NCBI GenBank assembly: GCA_046542255.1
Contig: JBKHBT010000007.1
Coordinates: forward strand, 4,830 to 68,829
DNA: 64,000 nt
Source of the DNA: Candidatus Zixiibacteriota bacterium
GTDB taxonomy: Bacteria > UBP14 > UBA6098 > JBKHBT01
Reading direction: 5' to 3'
Shown: positions 21,084 to 31,819 of the stretch, in pieces
How the letters are laid out: each line of letters begins with the position of its first letter
Numbering within the stretch: position 1 is the stretch's first letter
Program-made: the position numbers and the translations under genes
Notes under the pieces: model-generated
The model's database searches: none
Told to the model about the DNA's origin: nothing
Seen by the model: the letters and a program-made list of their open reading frames with translations, nothing else

Positions 21084-21754
21084 TGGAAAATACACTTGTA
21101 CTCGGAATAGACACATCGTGTAAAATCGGCTCCGTTTCTTTGAGCGAGGGGCAAAGGCCACTCGGTGAGATATCACTAGAGATATCCGCAAGAAGCTCTG
21201 AAAAAGTCATGCCAGCAGTGGATTTTCTCCTTAAACAAACCAATCGTGATAGAAGAGATATTGGACTTGTGGCCTTATCGATTGGACCTGGTTCCTATAC
21301 AGGCCTCCGAGTTGGTTTGTCTACTGCCAAGGCAATATGCTATGCAAATAATATTCAAATGGTAACCGTTAATACCCTACACGCACTTGCAGAAAGGCTT
21401 CCTTTGGCTTTCTTTGCTGTAGCACCGCTAATAGATGCGAGAGCATCACTGGTGTATTCTGCTCTGTATAAATGGGGCGAGGAGAAAATTCCTACAAAAG
21501 CAAGAAAACTCGATGATTTCATCGATATGCTGCCGGATGATATGGTGATATTCACTGGTTTGGATTTAAATAAATTTGGTGATAAAATTAAAGAAAAACT
21601 CGGCGAAAAAGCTGTTCTTGCGCATAATTGGGTACGCTTCCCATCGGCTCTTGTAGTCTCGCATATCGGCTTTCCAAAATTTCTTGATGGAGATACAGCA
21701 GATATCGATGGCATCACCCCAGAATATCTTCGTGATTTTATGCCTAAAAAATAA
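21083..21754 (+). CDS. tsaB: tRNA threonylcarbamoyladenosine biosynthesis protein TsaB
   Basis: LGIDTSC...ALSIGPGSYTGLRVGLSTAKA is characteristic of YeaZ/TsaB. Confidence 0.8.
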   Translation: MENTLVLGIDTSCKIGSVSLSEGQRPLGEISLEISARSSEKVMPAVDFLLKQTNRDRRDIGLVALSIGPGSYTGLRVGLSTAKAICYANNIQMVTVNTLHALAERLPLAFFAVAPLIDARASLVYSALYKWGEEKIPTKARKLDDFIDMLPDDMVIFTGLDLNKFGDKIKEKLGEKAVLAHNWVRFPSALVVSHIGFPKFLDGDTADIDGITPEYLRDFMPKK

Positions 21755-21764
21755 AAAGGCCACT

Positions 21765-23912
21765 ATGAGAAATTATTATATTTCATGCGCTTTATTAGTA
21801 ATTCTGGTCTCTTCATTATTTACTACTTCATTTGAAAAACCATACAAAGTTGATATTGTGAGCAAGATGCAGCTTCGAGCAATTATTCAAAGTGGCGCAA
21901 ACATCGAAAATACAGGCAAAGATTGGGCAAAAATAAATGCCGATATAGATGCTAAAGAAGAGCTTATGTCATTAGGTTTTGAACTAACCGAGCTTGTTGA
22001 TACTTCAAGAATCAATATGCTTCAAACCAAAAGGCTTCTCGATTGGGGAAGCTATCATACTTATGCCGAGCTTACCTCATATCTTGCAGATATCGAATAC
22101 GACTATCCATCTTTAGCAACTGTTTTTTCTATTGGCGAATCGGTCGAGGGAAGAGAGCTATGGTGTATCAAAATCTCTGATAATGTATCTACCGATGAAT
22201 TCGAACCAGAGATTTGCTATATCTCGACAATACATGGCGATGAACCTGTAGGAACAGAACTGCTCCTGGCCCTCGCTGATTCCCTAACAAGAAATTATGG
22301 CGTTTGTAGCGATATTACTAGATTAGTCGATTCATGTGAAATATACCTTATACCACTTATGAATCCTGATGGCTATGTCGCCGGAAATCGGCAGAATGCA
22401 AATGGAGTAGACCTAAATAGAAATTTCCCCGTCCCAGATGGTGGAATTGGCGATGATGGCACATATACTATTCAGACCGAAAACCAGAGAATCATAGATT
22501 TCTATGATTCAAGGTATATCAATTTTACAATCAATTTCCATACAGGTGCTCTTGTTGTCAATTATCCCTGGGACTATATTTCAGATGATAGCCCCGATCA
22601 TGAACTCTATATCCAGAGAAGCCTGGATTATTCGACTCGAAATCTCCCAATGTACACTGGCTCCTTCCCACAAGGCATAACCAATGGCTATGATTGGTAT
22701 GAAGTGGACGGCACCATGCAGGACTGGACATATCACAACTTTGGAGATTTACATTTAACAGTCGAGCTTAACAATACCAAATGGCCACCAGCTTCAGAAT
22801 TGGATGAGCTTTGGGAAGACAACTATGAGGCGATTCTTTTCAATATCTCAAGGTCTTTGATGGGAGTCAAAGGAATAGTTACAGACTCCATAACTACTGA
22901 ACCGCTCGGAGCTTTAGTTACAATAATCGATAATGACAAGAAAGTAAGATGTGATCCTGCTGTGGGCGATTATCACAGACAGCTTCTGCCAGGAAGCTAT
23001 AGCCTTCGTTTTGAATGCGATGGTTATTTTTCTAAAGATATTTCTATCGAAGTTCCGGATACTGGGGCTTCTATTTACCATATTATGTTAGCTCCATACA
23101 ATACAGATACTCTGTACTTTTGCGATTTCGAAGATGATGACGGGTCTTTGAGAACGATATCCAGCATATACTATCAGGACTGGCAGTGGGGTGCACCGAT
23201 GTCGGGGCCGGGCGATGCTTATTCTGGTAGCAATGTCTGGGGAACGAGGCTTATGTATGATTATCACGATTCATCGCAATCGAGATTGGCTTTGGATATC
23301 GATTTATCAGGAATCGATAATGCCATTTTGACATTTTGGCAATGGCATAGATTCCAGGATAGCAATCTATATGGATGGCATGACGGTGGAAATGTCAAAT
23401 GGCATTCGGAAGGAATTACACAGCTTTTAATCCCTGATGGTGGGTATAATGGCACTATATCAGAGTATAATCTACATATACCAGATGAGTTAGCTTTCGT
23501 AGGAGACAATGGTGGTTGGGAGAAAATTAGTGTGGATCTGAGTGACTATATTGGCGAGAGCGGCCAGATATTTTTCGATTTTGGTTCTTCCAGCATAAAT
23601 ACCGAAGCTGGATGGTTCATCGATGATCTTTTGGTAGTAACAGCCTTACCACTTGAAATTTCCAGTGATAATAAGCCAAAACCATCGAGTATTGGGGTTA
23701 AAGCCTACCCAAATCCATTTAACTCATCAGTTTCAATCGAATTGGATGGCCAGAAAAATGCCTGTATATATGACCTTAATGGCAAATCTATCCACCAATT
23801 TGATGAAGCGATAGGCCATATCAATTGGCAACCGGAAAGAGATTTGCCATCAGGCGCTTATATTCTGAAAGTTGAGCAAAGGGAGTCAATAATTCTGATG
23901 TATATCAAATAA
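21765..23912 (+). CDS. M14 zinc carboxypeptidase with carboxypeptidase-regulatory-like domain and T9SS C-terminal sorting domain
   Basis: Start chosen at the ATG after an AAAAAGG RBS; the longer ORF-track start overlaps tsaB. M14 motifs HGDEPVG, NPDGY and NRNFP are present. The C-terminal ~70 aa (KAYPNPFNSSVSIEL...YILKVEQRESIILMYIK) match a T9SS CTD. Confidence 0.7.
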   Translation: MRNYYISCALLVILVSSLFTTSFEKPYKVDIVSKMQLRAIIQSGANIENTGKDWAKINADIDAKEELMSLGFELTELVDTSRINMLQTKRLLDWGSYHTYAELTSYLADIEYDYPSLATVFSIGESVEGRELWCIKISDNVSTDEFEPEICYISTIHGDEPVGTELLLALADSLTRNYGVCSDITRLVDSCEIYLIPLMNPDGYVAGNRQNANGVDLNRNFPVPDGGIGDDGTYTIQTENQRIIDFYDSRYINFTINFHTGALVVNYPWDYISDDSPDHELYIQRSLDYSTRNLPMYTGSFPQGITNGYDWYEVDGTMQDWTYHNFGDLHLTVELNNTKWPPASELDELWEDNYEAILFNISRSLMGVKGIVTDSITTEPLGALVTIIDNDKKVRCDPAVGDYHRQLLPGSYSLRFECDGYFSKDISIEVPDTGASIYHIMLAPYNTDTLYFCDFEDDDGSLRTISSIYYQDWQWGAPMSGPGDAYSGSNVWGTRLMYDYHDSSQSRLALDIDLSGIDNAILTFWQWHRFQDSNLYGWHDGGNVKWHSEGITQLLIPDGGYNGTISEYNLHIPDELAFVGDNGGWEKISVDLSDYIGESGQIFFDFGSSSINTEAGWFIDDLLVVTALPLEISSDNKPKPSSIGVKAYPNPFNSSVSIELDGQKNACIYDLNGKSIHQFDEAIGHINWQPERDLPSGAYILKVEQRESIILMYIK

Positions 23913-23913
23913 T

Positions 23914-24942
23914 TTAGTCGATTTTGTATCTAAGAAGAGCTGCAACGCCTTTATTATTATCCAAAATCTTATTTTCACCTGGAATAAATTCGACATGTGC
24001 AGATATCGATTCAGCTAAAGATGTCAGCTCTTCAGATAAATTCTCATCCAGGCCTTTTTTGATAAAGAGCGTATCGACCTGTCCCATTTGAAGAGCTTTC
24101 ATAGTATCGACTATGCCGGCAGAAGCAAGGCCGCCTCTATAGACTTCTTGTCGAAGAATTGAGAGAGCTTTTTCTTCTTGCTGTCTTTCGAGTTTTTCCA
24201 TTTCTGGGGTGATTTTTTTCAGAAAATCATCATCGTTGTCGCTTAGGTCCCAGGCAATTTTGCCCATAACCTTATCTTGTAGGTGTTTCGGAAGGTATTG
24301 TTCCAATTTGGATATTATTCTATCCCTTCCGGCAAGCAAGATTCTATTAATTTTGATATCTCTGAATATCTTATCAGCGTCTTCAGCAATATTTTTGACA
24401 AAATGTATAACCTGTTCTCGTCTTCTTCTTTGATAACGCATTTGTGACCAACCGCCCACTTTAGTTAAATGGAGAATATCGGTTTTCATCGAGTCCAAAG
24501 ATTTGAGAGTTTTACCAGCGGCTAACAAGATTCTTGCGCCCGATGCATCTGCCATTAAAACCCCTATAGGCTCATACTCATCCAGCTCTAAAGCCAGGAG
24601 CCTAATATGTGCTTCATCATCCAAAATCATTATGGATTTTTCAGGCGGTTGCATAAGTTCGATGCCTTTTATGTAATCTGAACCTAAGTCTGCGAAAAAA
24701 GCAATGCCCTGAGGCTTTTCATTCCAGATATTGTCTAAATAGTCATTCAAGAAAGATATAGAAGTTTCTATGTAATCCTTTTGTTGATCATCGATATTTT
24801 CTGATAATTCATTAGCTTTTGTTTCTATCCACTTATCAACTTCTTCTTTTGACATATGAAGATCGATATAAACCGAAAGAATTATTCTCTCATTTTCAGC
24901 CAATAGTGATAATTCTCTAAGGATGTCTTCCGATGCTCTCAT
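23914..24942 (-). CDS. eRF1/Pelota-like (bacterial archaeo-eukaryotic release-factor family, host-attachment-protein-like) protein
   Basis: Block TKVGGWSQMRYQRRRREQVIHFVKNIAE aligns with the eRF1 domain-2 catalytic region hgrGGQSalRFaRlRmE, with GGQ altered to GGWSQ. The C-terminus (VDTLFI...GVAALLRY) resembles eRF1/Pelota domain 3. Confidence 0.45.
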   Translation of the reverse strand: MRASEDILRELSLLAENERIILSVYIDLHMSKEEVDKWIETKANELSENIDDQQKDYIETSISFLNDYLDNIWNEKPQGIAFFADLGSDYIKGIELMQPPEKSIMILDDEAHIRLLALELDEYEPIGVLMADASGARILLAAGKTLKSLDSMKTDILHLTKVGGWSQMRYQRRRREQVIHFVKNIAEDADKIFRDIKINRILLAGRDRIISKLEQYLPKHLQDKVMGKIAWDLSDNDDDFLKKITPEMEKLERQQEEKALSILRQEVYRGGLASAGIVDTMKALQMGQVDTLFIKKGLDENLSEELTSLAESISAHVEFIPGENKILDNNKGVAALLRYKID

Positions 24943-24964
24943 AATAAATATCCTTTGTTTAAAA

Positions 24965-25885
24965 TTAGAATTGCTTTGTTTTTATAATGATTAATATAAC
25001 CATAATAATCCATATGGTTATATTTATAAGGAACGATTTATCCTTGAAAAGAACCTTTTCCGGGTTTTCACCCTGTTGACTGTGGAAAATCAGATATAGA
25101 TATCTAAAAATTCCATAGAAAACAAATGGTATAGTAAGGCCAAGTGTTCTTGTACCAAAATGTTCTATCGTTTCGGGTGAAAATACATATAGTGTATAGG
25201 CCGTCATTGTAGCGGCAGTAAGCACGATAAGGAGGCTATCGAGAAATTTCATGGAATATTTCTTTAGTACCGGCCTTGTCGATTTACTTCTATCTATATT
25301 GGATAATTCTGCTCTTCTTTTTGCTGTAATAAGAAATAGCGCTAATAGCGAAGTGCAAACTAGAAGCCAGGAGGATATTTCGACATTTATAACAAATGCG
25401 CCACCAACAGCCCTTAGAACAAAACCCGCTGAAACTGCCATAAGATCCCAAATGACAATCTTTTTCAGCCATATTGTGTATAATATATGTAGTATTATAT
25501 AAGCGATGATAAGAATGAAAAATTCGGTATTAAGAAAATAAGACCAAATGCCAGAGCATATCCAAAGGCCAAAAGCCATAATGTATGCTAATGGCAAAGG
25601 CAAATTCCCAGAAGCTATAGGCCGGAATCTTTTGATGGGATGTTGTGTATCATTATTCTTATCCAAAATGTCATTAAAAAGATAAACTCCGCTGGCTGCC
25701 ATACAAAAAACTATAAATGCATAGATGGTTGTGAGCAAGTAGTCTAATTGAAGAAAATACCCGGAAAAAACGACACCTGCAAAAACAAATGTGTTTTTAA
25801 CCCATTGATGCGGCCTGAGTGATTTTATAATTGCCTTTATCATATATTGAAAAATATAAGGCATACCCCTTTTATACAAGTACAT
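24965..25885 (-). CDS. UbiA-family prenyltransferase (decaprenyl-phosphate phosphoribosyltransferase-like)
   Basis: RPHQWVKN...NDILDKNNDTQHPIKRFRPIASG matches the first Asp-rich motif of the UbiA superfamily. Multiple TM helices. Start codon uncertain. Confidence 0.6.
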   Translation of the reverse strand: MYLYKRGMPYIFQYMIKAIIKSLRPHQWVKNTFVFAGVVFSGYFLQLDYLLTTIYAFIVFCMAASGVYLFNDILDKNNDTQHPIKRFRPIASGNLPLPLAYIMAFGLWICSGIWSYFLNTEFFILIIAYIILHILYTIWLKKIVIWDLMAVSAGFVLRAVGGAFVINVEISSWLLVCTSLLALFLITAKRRAELSNIDRSKSTRPVLKKYSMKFLDSLLIVLTAATMTAYTLYVFSPETIEHFGTRTLGLTIPFVFYGIFRYLYLIFHSQQGENPEKVLFKDKSFLINITIWIIMVILIIIKTKQF

Positions 25886-26031
25886 TTTTCACAGAATAGA
25901 ATAATTATGTGCTAAGTTGCATATTTGGCATAAAAATGGACATTATATGGTTCTTTATGCAAAATGGGCTTGACTTTATTGTTAAAAGTTATTTATTTTC
26001 TCTCTAAATATTTTTGTTAAGAAGGAGGAAA

Positions 26032-26439
26032 ATGTTTGCAATAGTTAACATAAAAGGCGATCAAGAAAGATTAGAAATCGGTAGAAAGATTTTGGTGCCT
26101 TATATGTCAAAAAAGAATCCTGGTGATGAAATAATCCTTGAAAATGTGATGCTTTTATCCGATGGAGATGAAGTTGAAGTAGGACAACCATATATCGAAG
26201 GTTTAAGCTTCAAAACTAAAGTCGTAGATCATGCAAGAGGCAAAAAAGTTATCGCTTTCAAGAAGAAAAGGCGAACAGGCTATAAAAGAAAAATTGGCCA
26301 TGTCCAAAAATATACAGAATTAGAAATTCTCGAGATGCTAAAAGGCCAGAAGGTAGTTGCATCCAAGCCTGCTGAAGAAAACAAACCACAAAATAATAAT
26401 CAGAAAGAACAAGTTGACGAGTCACCCAAGGAGGGTTGA
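26032..26439 (+). CDS. rplU: 50S ribosomal protein L21 with C-terminal basic/acidic extension
   Basis: MFAIVNIKGDQ...HARGKKVIAFKKKRRTGYKRKIGHVQKYTELEI matches the L21 pattern. Internal start chosen after the AGGAGG RBS. Confidence 0.75.
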   Translation: MFAIVNIKGDQERLEIGRKILVPYMSKKNPGDEIILENVMLLSDGDEVEVGQPYIEGLSFKTKVVDHARGKKVIAFKKKRRTGYKRKIGHVQKYTELEILEMLKGQKVVASKPAEENKPQNNNQKEQVDESPKEG

Positions 26440-26446
26440 TCGTCTA

Positions 26447-28819
26447 GTGAGACATTATATTAAATCTCTTTTACTACTGGTTGCTTGTATTTTGATCGCA
26501 CAGGAGCCTGCAGCTTATTCTTTGCAGGAAGAAGGATTCATAAAGTCCATAGTTATTAATGGAAATGAGACTACTTCCAGAGAATTAATTCTGTCCAGTA
26601 CCGGTTTTTCTGTTGGAGATAAAATCACTGTTGCATCCTTGCAGCAAGGTGTCAAAAATCTTTATAAAGTCGGCCTATTCGAGGAAGTAGTAGTCGATTT
26701 GCAAAGCCGAGATGATGGATTGATTCTAATTATTGATCTGGAAGAGCTGCCAAGAGTTGGTGAAATTCTATTCGAAGGCAATGACAAATTCAAAACCAGC
26801 GATCTCTTAGAAGAAATTAATATTTCTATAGGGCAGCCTATCAGGGAGCTGGATGTTTTTCAAGCAAAACGAAAGATGAAAGAGAAATACATCGAAGCTG
26901 GTTACAATCTTGCCGAAATTAAGCATGAGTACCTGCAAGCGAAGAATGACTCTATAGGTTCTGATAAACTCGTCTCGATCAAATTCATGATCGATGAAGG
27001 TAAAAAATCATATATCGAAGAGATTATTTTCCATGGTAATGATGCTTTCAAAGATAGCAAATTGGCCAGGCAATTCGATGAAACACATGAAAAGAAATTC
27101 ATCATCAGAAAAGGCCGCTTCGACAGAAATGCTTTTGAAGAAGACATCGATTTAGTAATCGAATTTTATAAAAATAATGGATATCCTCTTGCCCAAATTG
27201 TAAGCGATACCTTTTATCATGATAATGAAAATCCAGAGAAGATTTTAATTGAAGTAGAGATAGATGAGGGCGGGAAGTATTATTTTGGCGATAGCTATAC
27301 CGCTGGTAATGTAATCTTCAGGCAGAAAAAGATTCTCGATAATCTGACTTATGTTAAGGGTGATGAGTACAGTACAGAAAAACTAGATGAGTCACTATTT
27401 ATGGTAATGGAACCTTATCAGGAAGACGGCTATATTTTCTCGAGAGCAGTGCCCAAGAAATCATTCAGAAATGATTCTATCGACATTACATATGAAATAT
27501 TTGAAGGACAAAAAGCTTATGTCCGCAAGGTTTTGATAGAAGGTAATGAAAAAACATTCGACAGGGTTATTCGTCGTGAACTGGCAATCAGGCCCGGCGA
27601 TATTATGAAAAGAAGCCGGCTGATGCGTTCTCAAAGAAATGTTTACTATCTGAATTACTTCGAAGAAGTAGTTCCAGATGTGGTTATTTTGGAAGATGGA
27701 CAGGTTGATCTTGTATTTGAGGTTATTGAAAAAAATAGCGGAAAATTCCAGGTCGGTGCGTCTTTTAATTCGCAGGATAAACTAATGGGTACAATAGATA
27801 TCGGATGGCCGAATACTTTCGGACGGGGCTGGGATACAAATTTCCAATGGGAATTTGGTAAAGAAAGGACAAATATCGTTTTGGGATTTACTGATCCATG
27901 GTTCCTGGATACGCCAACTTCTGTGGGTATAGATCTTTATAGTAAATTATGGAGATGGACAAGCTATTATACAGAACAGAAAGTCGGTGGTTCAGTTAGA
28001 CTTGGACGAAGACTTAAATTCCCTGATGATTATTTTTCGATCTACGGAAGATATTCGCTTCAGCAGATAGATTATTTCGATTTTTCCAGCAGCTACAACC
28101 CTTCTATGGCATATGACCTTAGGGTACAGGATTTCCCGAGACTGGAGTCTTCTATGCGAATGTCGATTATAAGAGATTCACGGGATTCGAGGCTTTTCGC
28201 TTCCAAAGGTAGCAAGAATTCCTATGCGATTGAAGGCGCTGGGCATTTCCTCGGCGGTGATATAGAATATCAATCTCAGGAAGTTAAATCAGATTGGTAT
28301 ATTCCGATATTTAAGTATCTGACCGTAGTTATTAAAGGAAGATTTCAGTTTGTAACCAATTGGGGCGGAAGCGAAAAGGATATTCCCTATGCCGAAAGGC
28401 TGATACCTGGTGGCGTTAGCTATGATGGCCAAATACGAGGCTATGCAGACCGCTCGATATCACCGATCGATACTGTCTATTACTATGATTCTACCGTCAC
28501 ACCCGACCCAAGTGGTAATTTACCATTGGTCGATGAGTCGTCATTTTTAGAAGGCGGAAGAGCTCTTTCAATCTATACTGCCGAATTGAGAGTGCCTGTC
28601 AAGAAAGACCAATTATATTTTTCAATATTTGCAGATGCTGGAAACACATGGCTTTCAACAGAGAAAATGAGAATCGATGATTTATATAAGTCCGCTGGAT
28701 TAGGTGTAAGATTTTCATTGCCAATGATCGGAGTTATGGGACTCGATTTCGGCTATGGATTCGATAGGCCTAATGGTGGAGATTGGGAATGGCATTTCCA
28801 AATAGGACCAGATATTTAA
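26447..28819 (+). CDS. bamA: Outer membrane protein assembly factor BamA
   Basis: Likely GTG start preceded by AAGGAGG. Signal peptide, repeated POTRA-like modules (FIKSIVINGNETT...), and a C-terminal beta-barrel ending in an aromatic residue. Confidence 0.8.
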   Translation: MRHYIKSLLLLVACILIAQEPAAYSLQEEGFIKSIVINGNETTSRELILSSTGFSVGDKITVASLQQGVKNLYKVGLFEEVVVDLQSRDDGLILIIDLEELPRVGEILFEGNDKFKTSDLLEEINISIGQPIRELDVFQAKRKMKEKYIEAGYNLAEIKHEYLQAKNDSIGSDKLVSIKFMIDEGKKSYIEEIIFHGNDAFKDSKLARQFDETHEKKFIIRKGRFDRNAFEEDIDLVIEFYKNNGYPLAQIVSDTFYHDNENPEKILIEVEIDEGGKYYFGDSYTAGNVIFRQKKILDNLTYVKGDEYSTEKLDESLFMVMEPYQEDGYIFSRAVPKKSFRNDSIDITYEIFEGQKAYVRKVLIEGNEKTFDRVIRRELAIRPGDIMKRSRLMRSQRNVYYLNYFEEVVPDVVILEDGQVDLVFEVIEKNSGKFQVGASFNSQDKLMGTIDIGWPNTFGRGWDTNFQWEFGKERTNIVLGFTDPWFLDTPTSVGIDLYSKLWRWTSYYTEQKVGGSVRLGRRLKFPDDYFSIYGRYSLQQIDYFDFSSSYNPSMAYDLRVQDFPRLESSMRMSIIRDSRDSRLFASKGSKNSYAIEGAGHFLGGDIEYQSQEVKSDWYIPIFKYLTVVIKGRFQFVTNWGGSEKDIPYAERLIPGGVSYDGQIRGYADRSISPIDTVYYYDSTVTPDPSGNLPLVDESSFLEGGRALSIYTAELRVPVKKDQLYFSIFADAGNTWLSTEKMRIDDLYKSAGLGVRFSLPMIGVMGLDFGYGFDRPNGGDWEWHFQIGPDI

Positions 28820-28843
28820 ACATTTTATAAAAGGAGGCTCGAA

Positions 28844-29359
28844 ATGAGACGAGTTTTATTACTATCAATTGCCATGATTTTGGCTACAATAGCATTATCC
28901 GCCGATATCAGAATTGCGTATTATGACAGTGAGCAGATCAGGAATGACTGGTCAGAATTTCGCGATGCACAGGGAAAATTTGACAAAGAAATGGTAGAAT
29001 ACGAAGCTGAAGCGGATTCAATGCAGAATGAGCTTATGGAACTTAGAGCTGATTATGAAAAGCAATCTATGATGCTATCTGATGATAAAAGAGTCGAAAA
29101 AGAGAAAATTATCATGCAGAAGCAGCAGGAATATCAGGCATTTTTGCAGCAGGTTTTCGGTGAAGGTGGCCTCGCAGAGCAAAGAAACCAAAAGCTAACT
29201 GAGCCACTTGTGGAAAAAATCAGCGTTGTATTGCAAGAAATGGCAAACACAGAAGGTTATTCACTTATACTGGATGCTTCTGGAGCAGTTAATAATATCG
29301 CATATATCGATGAATCATTAGATATTACAGATAAAGTCGTGGAGGAACTAAAAAACTAA
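28844..29359 (+). CDS. skp: OmpH/Skp periplasmic chaperone
   Basis: Signal peptide, coiled-coil-rich sequence of about 170 aa, and position between bamA and lpxD. Confidence 0.7.
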   Translation: MRRVLLLSIAMILATIALSADIRIAYYDSEQIRNDWSEFRDAQGKFDKEMVEYEAEADSMQNELMELRADYEKQSMMLSDDKRVEKEKIIMQKQQEYQAFLQQVFGEGGLAEQRNQKLTEPLVEKISVVLQEMANTEGYSLILDASGAVNNIAYIDESLDITDKVVEELKN

Positions 29360-29361
29360 AA

Positions 29362-30375
29362 ATGTTACTTGCTGATATTGCCAAAAAATTAGACCTTAAA
29401 GTAACCGGGAATGGAAACGTAGAAATCTCCGGGGTCAATTCTATAAATAATGTCAAAAGTGATCAAATCACTTTCCTGAGATCATCAAAATATGCAAAGC
29501 ATCTTGTTGATAGAAAACCTGGTGCCATTATTCTAAGAGAAAAAGACGATGTTTTTGAAAGAGATTTCCCAAAGCTCTATTCATCCGATCCGGAATTCAG
29601 CTTTCTGGAAGTAATCAAGATTTTCCATCCTCAGGTAAGGTTCGAAGACAAAATTTCCGATACAGCAATTATTTCAAAAACAGCTACAATCGGAACAGAT
29701 GCCTTCATAGGTGCTTTCGTTTCAATCGGGGACGGAGCGATTATTGGTGATAATGCATGGATAAACTCTAATGTCAGTATAGACAAAAATGTCAAAATTG
29801 GAAATGATGTAAAAATCCATTCGAATGTTACAATATACAAAGAATGCGAAATTGGCGATGATGTTACCATCCATGCGAATTCGGTTATCGGCTCTGATGG
29901 TTTTGGGTATCTCAAAAGAGATAAGCAATACAAAATTCCGCAATTGGGTAATGTAATAATTGGCAATGATGTTGAAATTGGCTCAAATGTCTCTATCGAC
30001 AGGGCAACCTTTGGTTCAACAATTATCGAGGATAATGTCAAGATTGATAATTTAGTCCAAATCGCTCATAATTGTAAAGTCGGTGAGTCCACAGCAATTA
30101 GTGCTCAGGTTGGACTTTCCGGGCATACAGTAATTGGCAAAGATTGTCTTATAGGCGGACAAGTTGGCTTTGCCGGCCATCTAAAAATCGGCGATGAATC
30201 CATAATCTATGCCCAATCAGGCATTGCAAAGTCATTTCCACCCAGGTCGACTGTCTTCGGCACTCCGGGAAAGAATTTCAAACAGTATAAGGCCGAGATG
30301 ATGGCGATAGCAAGGCTTCCGCGCTATATTGAAAGAATAAAGGAAATCGACAAGAAAATCAAAGATTTAGAATAG
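29362..30375 (+). CDS. lpxD: UDP-3-O-acylglucosamine N-acyltransferase
   Basis: Hexapeptide repeats ([13 protein letters not shown]...) and conserved LpxD C-terminus. Confidence 0.85.
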   Translation: MLLADIAKKLDLKVTGNGNVEISGVNSINNVKSDQITFLRSSKYAKHLVDRKPGAIILREKDDVFERDFPKLYSSDPEFSFLEVIKIFHPQVRFEDKISDTAIISKTATIGTDAFIGAFVSIGDGAIIGDNAWINSNVSIDKNVKIGNDVKIHSNVTIYKECEIGDDVTIHANSVIGSDGFGYLKRDKQYKIPQLGNVIIGNDVEIGSNVSIDRATFGSTIIEDNVKIDNLVQIAHNCKVGESTAISAQVGLSGHTVIGKDCLIGGQVGFAGHLKIGDESIIYAQSGIAKSFPPRSTVFGTPGKNFKQYKAEMMAIARLPRYIERIKEIDKKIKDLE

Positions 30376-30404
30376 ATTTCATAGCAGAATGTAAAGAAGG
30401 TTCT

Positions 30405-31805
30405 ATGGAAAAACAGACAACAATTAAAAAGATGGTCGAGATTTCCGGTATTGGATTGCATACCGGCATGAATGTTAAACTTCGCTTTCATCCTGCACCA
30501 GTTGACTCATGGGCTGTCTTCTGGCGAAGCGATATCGGCCCCGATGCCAAAGTCAAAGCGATATACGAAAATGCTATCGGAGAACATAAATTAGGAACTA
30601 TACTCGAAAAAGATGAAGCCAAAGTACAGACAGTCGAGCATGTGCTTGCAGCTATCAGCGCTCTGGATATCGATAATATCCTTATCGAGCTGGATGGGCC
30701 AGAACCGCCTGTGCTCGACGGCAGTGCTAAGCCTTTTGTGGATTTACTTCAAGAAGCTGGTATCGTTGAGCAGAATACGAAAAGAGAATACTTTGTCGTG
30801 CGTGATGTTATTGAATTTCACGAGCCTAATCGTCCTTCGGATATTCATGTTATACCTTTCGATGGCCTTAGAATTACGGCAATGATCGATTTTCCCGAAA
30901 AGCCAGCTCTTAGCACACAATATACAACTATGCAATCCAAGGCTGATTTTCCTTTCCATTTTGCTCCTGCCAGAACTTTCTGCTTCCTTTCCGATGTAGA
31001 AAGGATGCTATCCGAAGGTTTTATTAAAGGCGGCAATCCCGATAATGCACTGGTAGTAGTCGATAAAGAATTTACGAAAGAAGACGAGGATTTTCTCCGC
31101 AAGAATTTCCAGATAGAGAAAGATGCAAAGCTATTTGGTAAAAAAGATGCATTCCTTAATAATGTTAAGCAGAGATTCTATAATGAACCAGTTCGCCATA
31201 AGGTAGTCGATATGATGGGCGATATACGCCTTTTGGGATTTCCTATGAAGGGCCATATCATTGCCGGCAGGCCGGGGCATCCTGTCAATGTTGCACTCGT
31301 GAAAAGAATTCAGAAGCAGCATGATAAACTTGCCATTGCAAGGAGCTTTGGAGGTGGCCAGGAAGGTGTCCAGATAAATGTCGATGGAATCGAGAAGATA
31401 TTGCCACATAGATATCCATTCTTATTAGTCGATAGAATGGTCGATTTTGAAGAAGGCAAATGGGCTATGGCAATCAAGAATGTTACCGCAAATGAACCGT
31501 TCTTCCAGGGACATTTCCCTGGCCATCCTATTATGCCTGGCGTTTTGATTGTGGAAGCTATGGCACAGACTGGCGGTTTTCTGTTGCTGAATGCACAGGA
31601 TATGCCGGAAAATAATGTTGTATATTTTCTTGGAATCGACAAAGTTAGATTTAGGAAACCAGTTCTCCCAGGCGATCAGCTGAAGATTCGAGTTGAAATG
31701 GTTACTTTCAAAAGAGGACTTTGCAAATTCAAAGGCATGGCTTATGTCGGTGATAACCTTGTTTGCGAAGGCGAATTTATGGCCTCACTGGCTGAGAAAG
31801 AATAA
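30405..31805 (+). CDS. lpxC/fabZ: Bifunctional UDP-3-O-acyl-GlcNAc deacetylase / 3-hydroxyacyl-ACP dehydratase (LpxC-FabZ fusion)
   Basis: N-terminus carries LpxC blocks (GIGLHTG, TVEHVLAAISALDIDN, ELDGPEPPVLDGSAKPF). C-terminus carries FabZ blocks (LPHRYPFLLVDRM...HFPGHPIMPGVLIVEAMAQ). Confidence 0.9.
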   Translation: MEKQTTIKKMVEISGIGLHTGMNVKLRFHPAPVDSWAVFWRSDIGPDAKVKAIYENAIGEHKLGTILEKDEAKVQTVEHVLAAISALDIDNILIELDGPEPPVLDGSAKPFVDLLQEAGIVEQNTKREYFVVRDVIEFHEPNRPSDIHVIPFDGLRITAMIDFPEKPALSTQYTTMQSKADFPFHFAPARTFCFLSDVERMLSEGFIKGGNPDNALVVVDKEFTKEDEDFLRKNFQIEKDAKLFGKKDAFLNNVKQRFYNEPVRHKVVDMMGDIRLLGFPMKGHIIAGRPGHPVNVALVKRIQKQHDKLAIARSFGGGQEGVQINVDGIEKILPHRYPFLLVDRMVDFEEGKWAMAIKNVTANEPFFQGHFPGHPIMPGVLIVEAMAQTGGFLLLNAQDMPENNVVYFLGIDKVRFRKPVLPGDQLKIRVEMVTFKRGLCKFKGMAYVGDNLVCEGEFMASLAEKE

Positions 31806-31819
31806 ATAGATGGAGTATT

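Noticed and set aside
21684-21764. Longer ORF-track start (21684) for the M14 carboxypeptidase
   Set aside because: It would overlap tsaB by 70 nt and precede the signal peptide. The ATG at 21765 has an AAAAAGG RBS and starts directly at the hydrophobic leader.
26357-26446. Upstream extension of bamA overlapping rplU
   Set aside because: The extension overlaps the rplU C-terminus in another frame. The GTG at 26447 follows AAGGAGG and immediately precedes the signal peptide.
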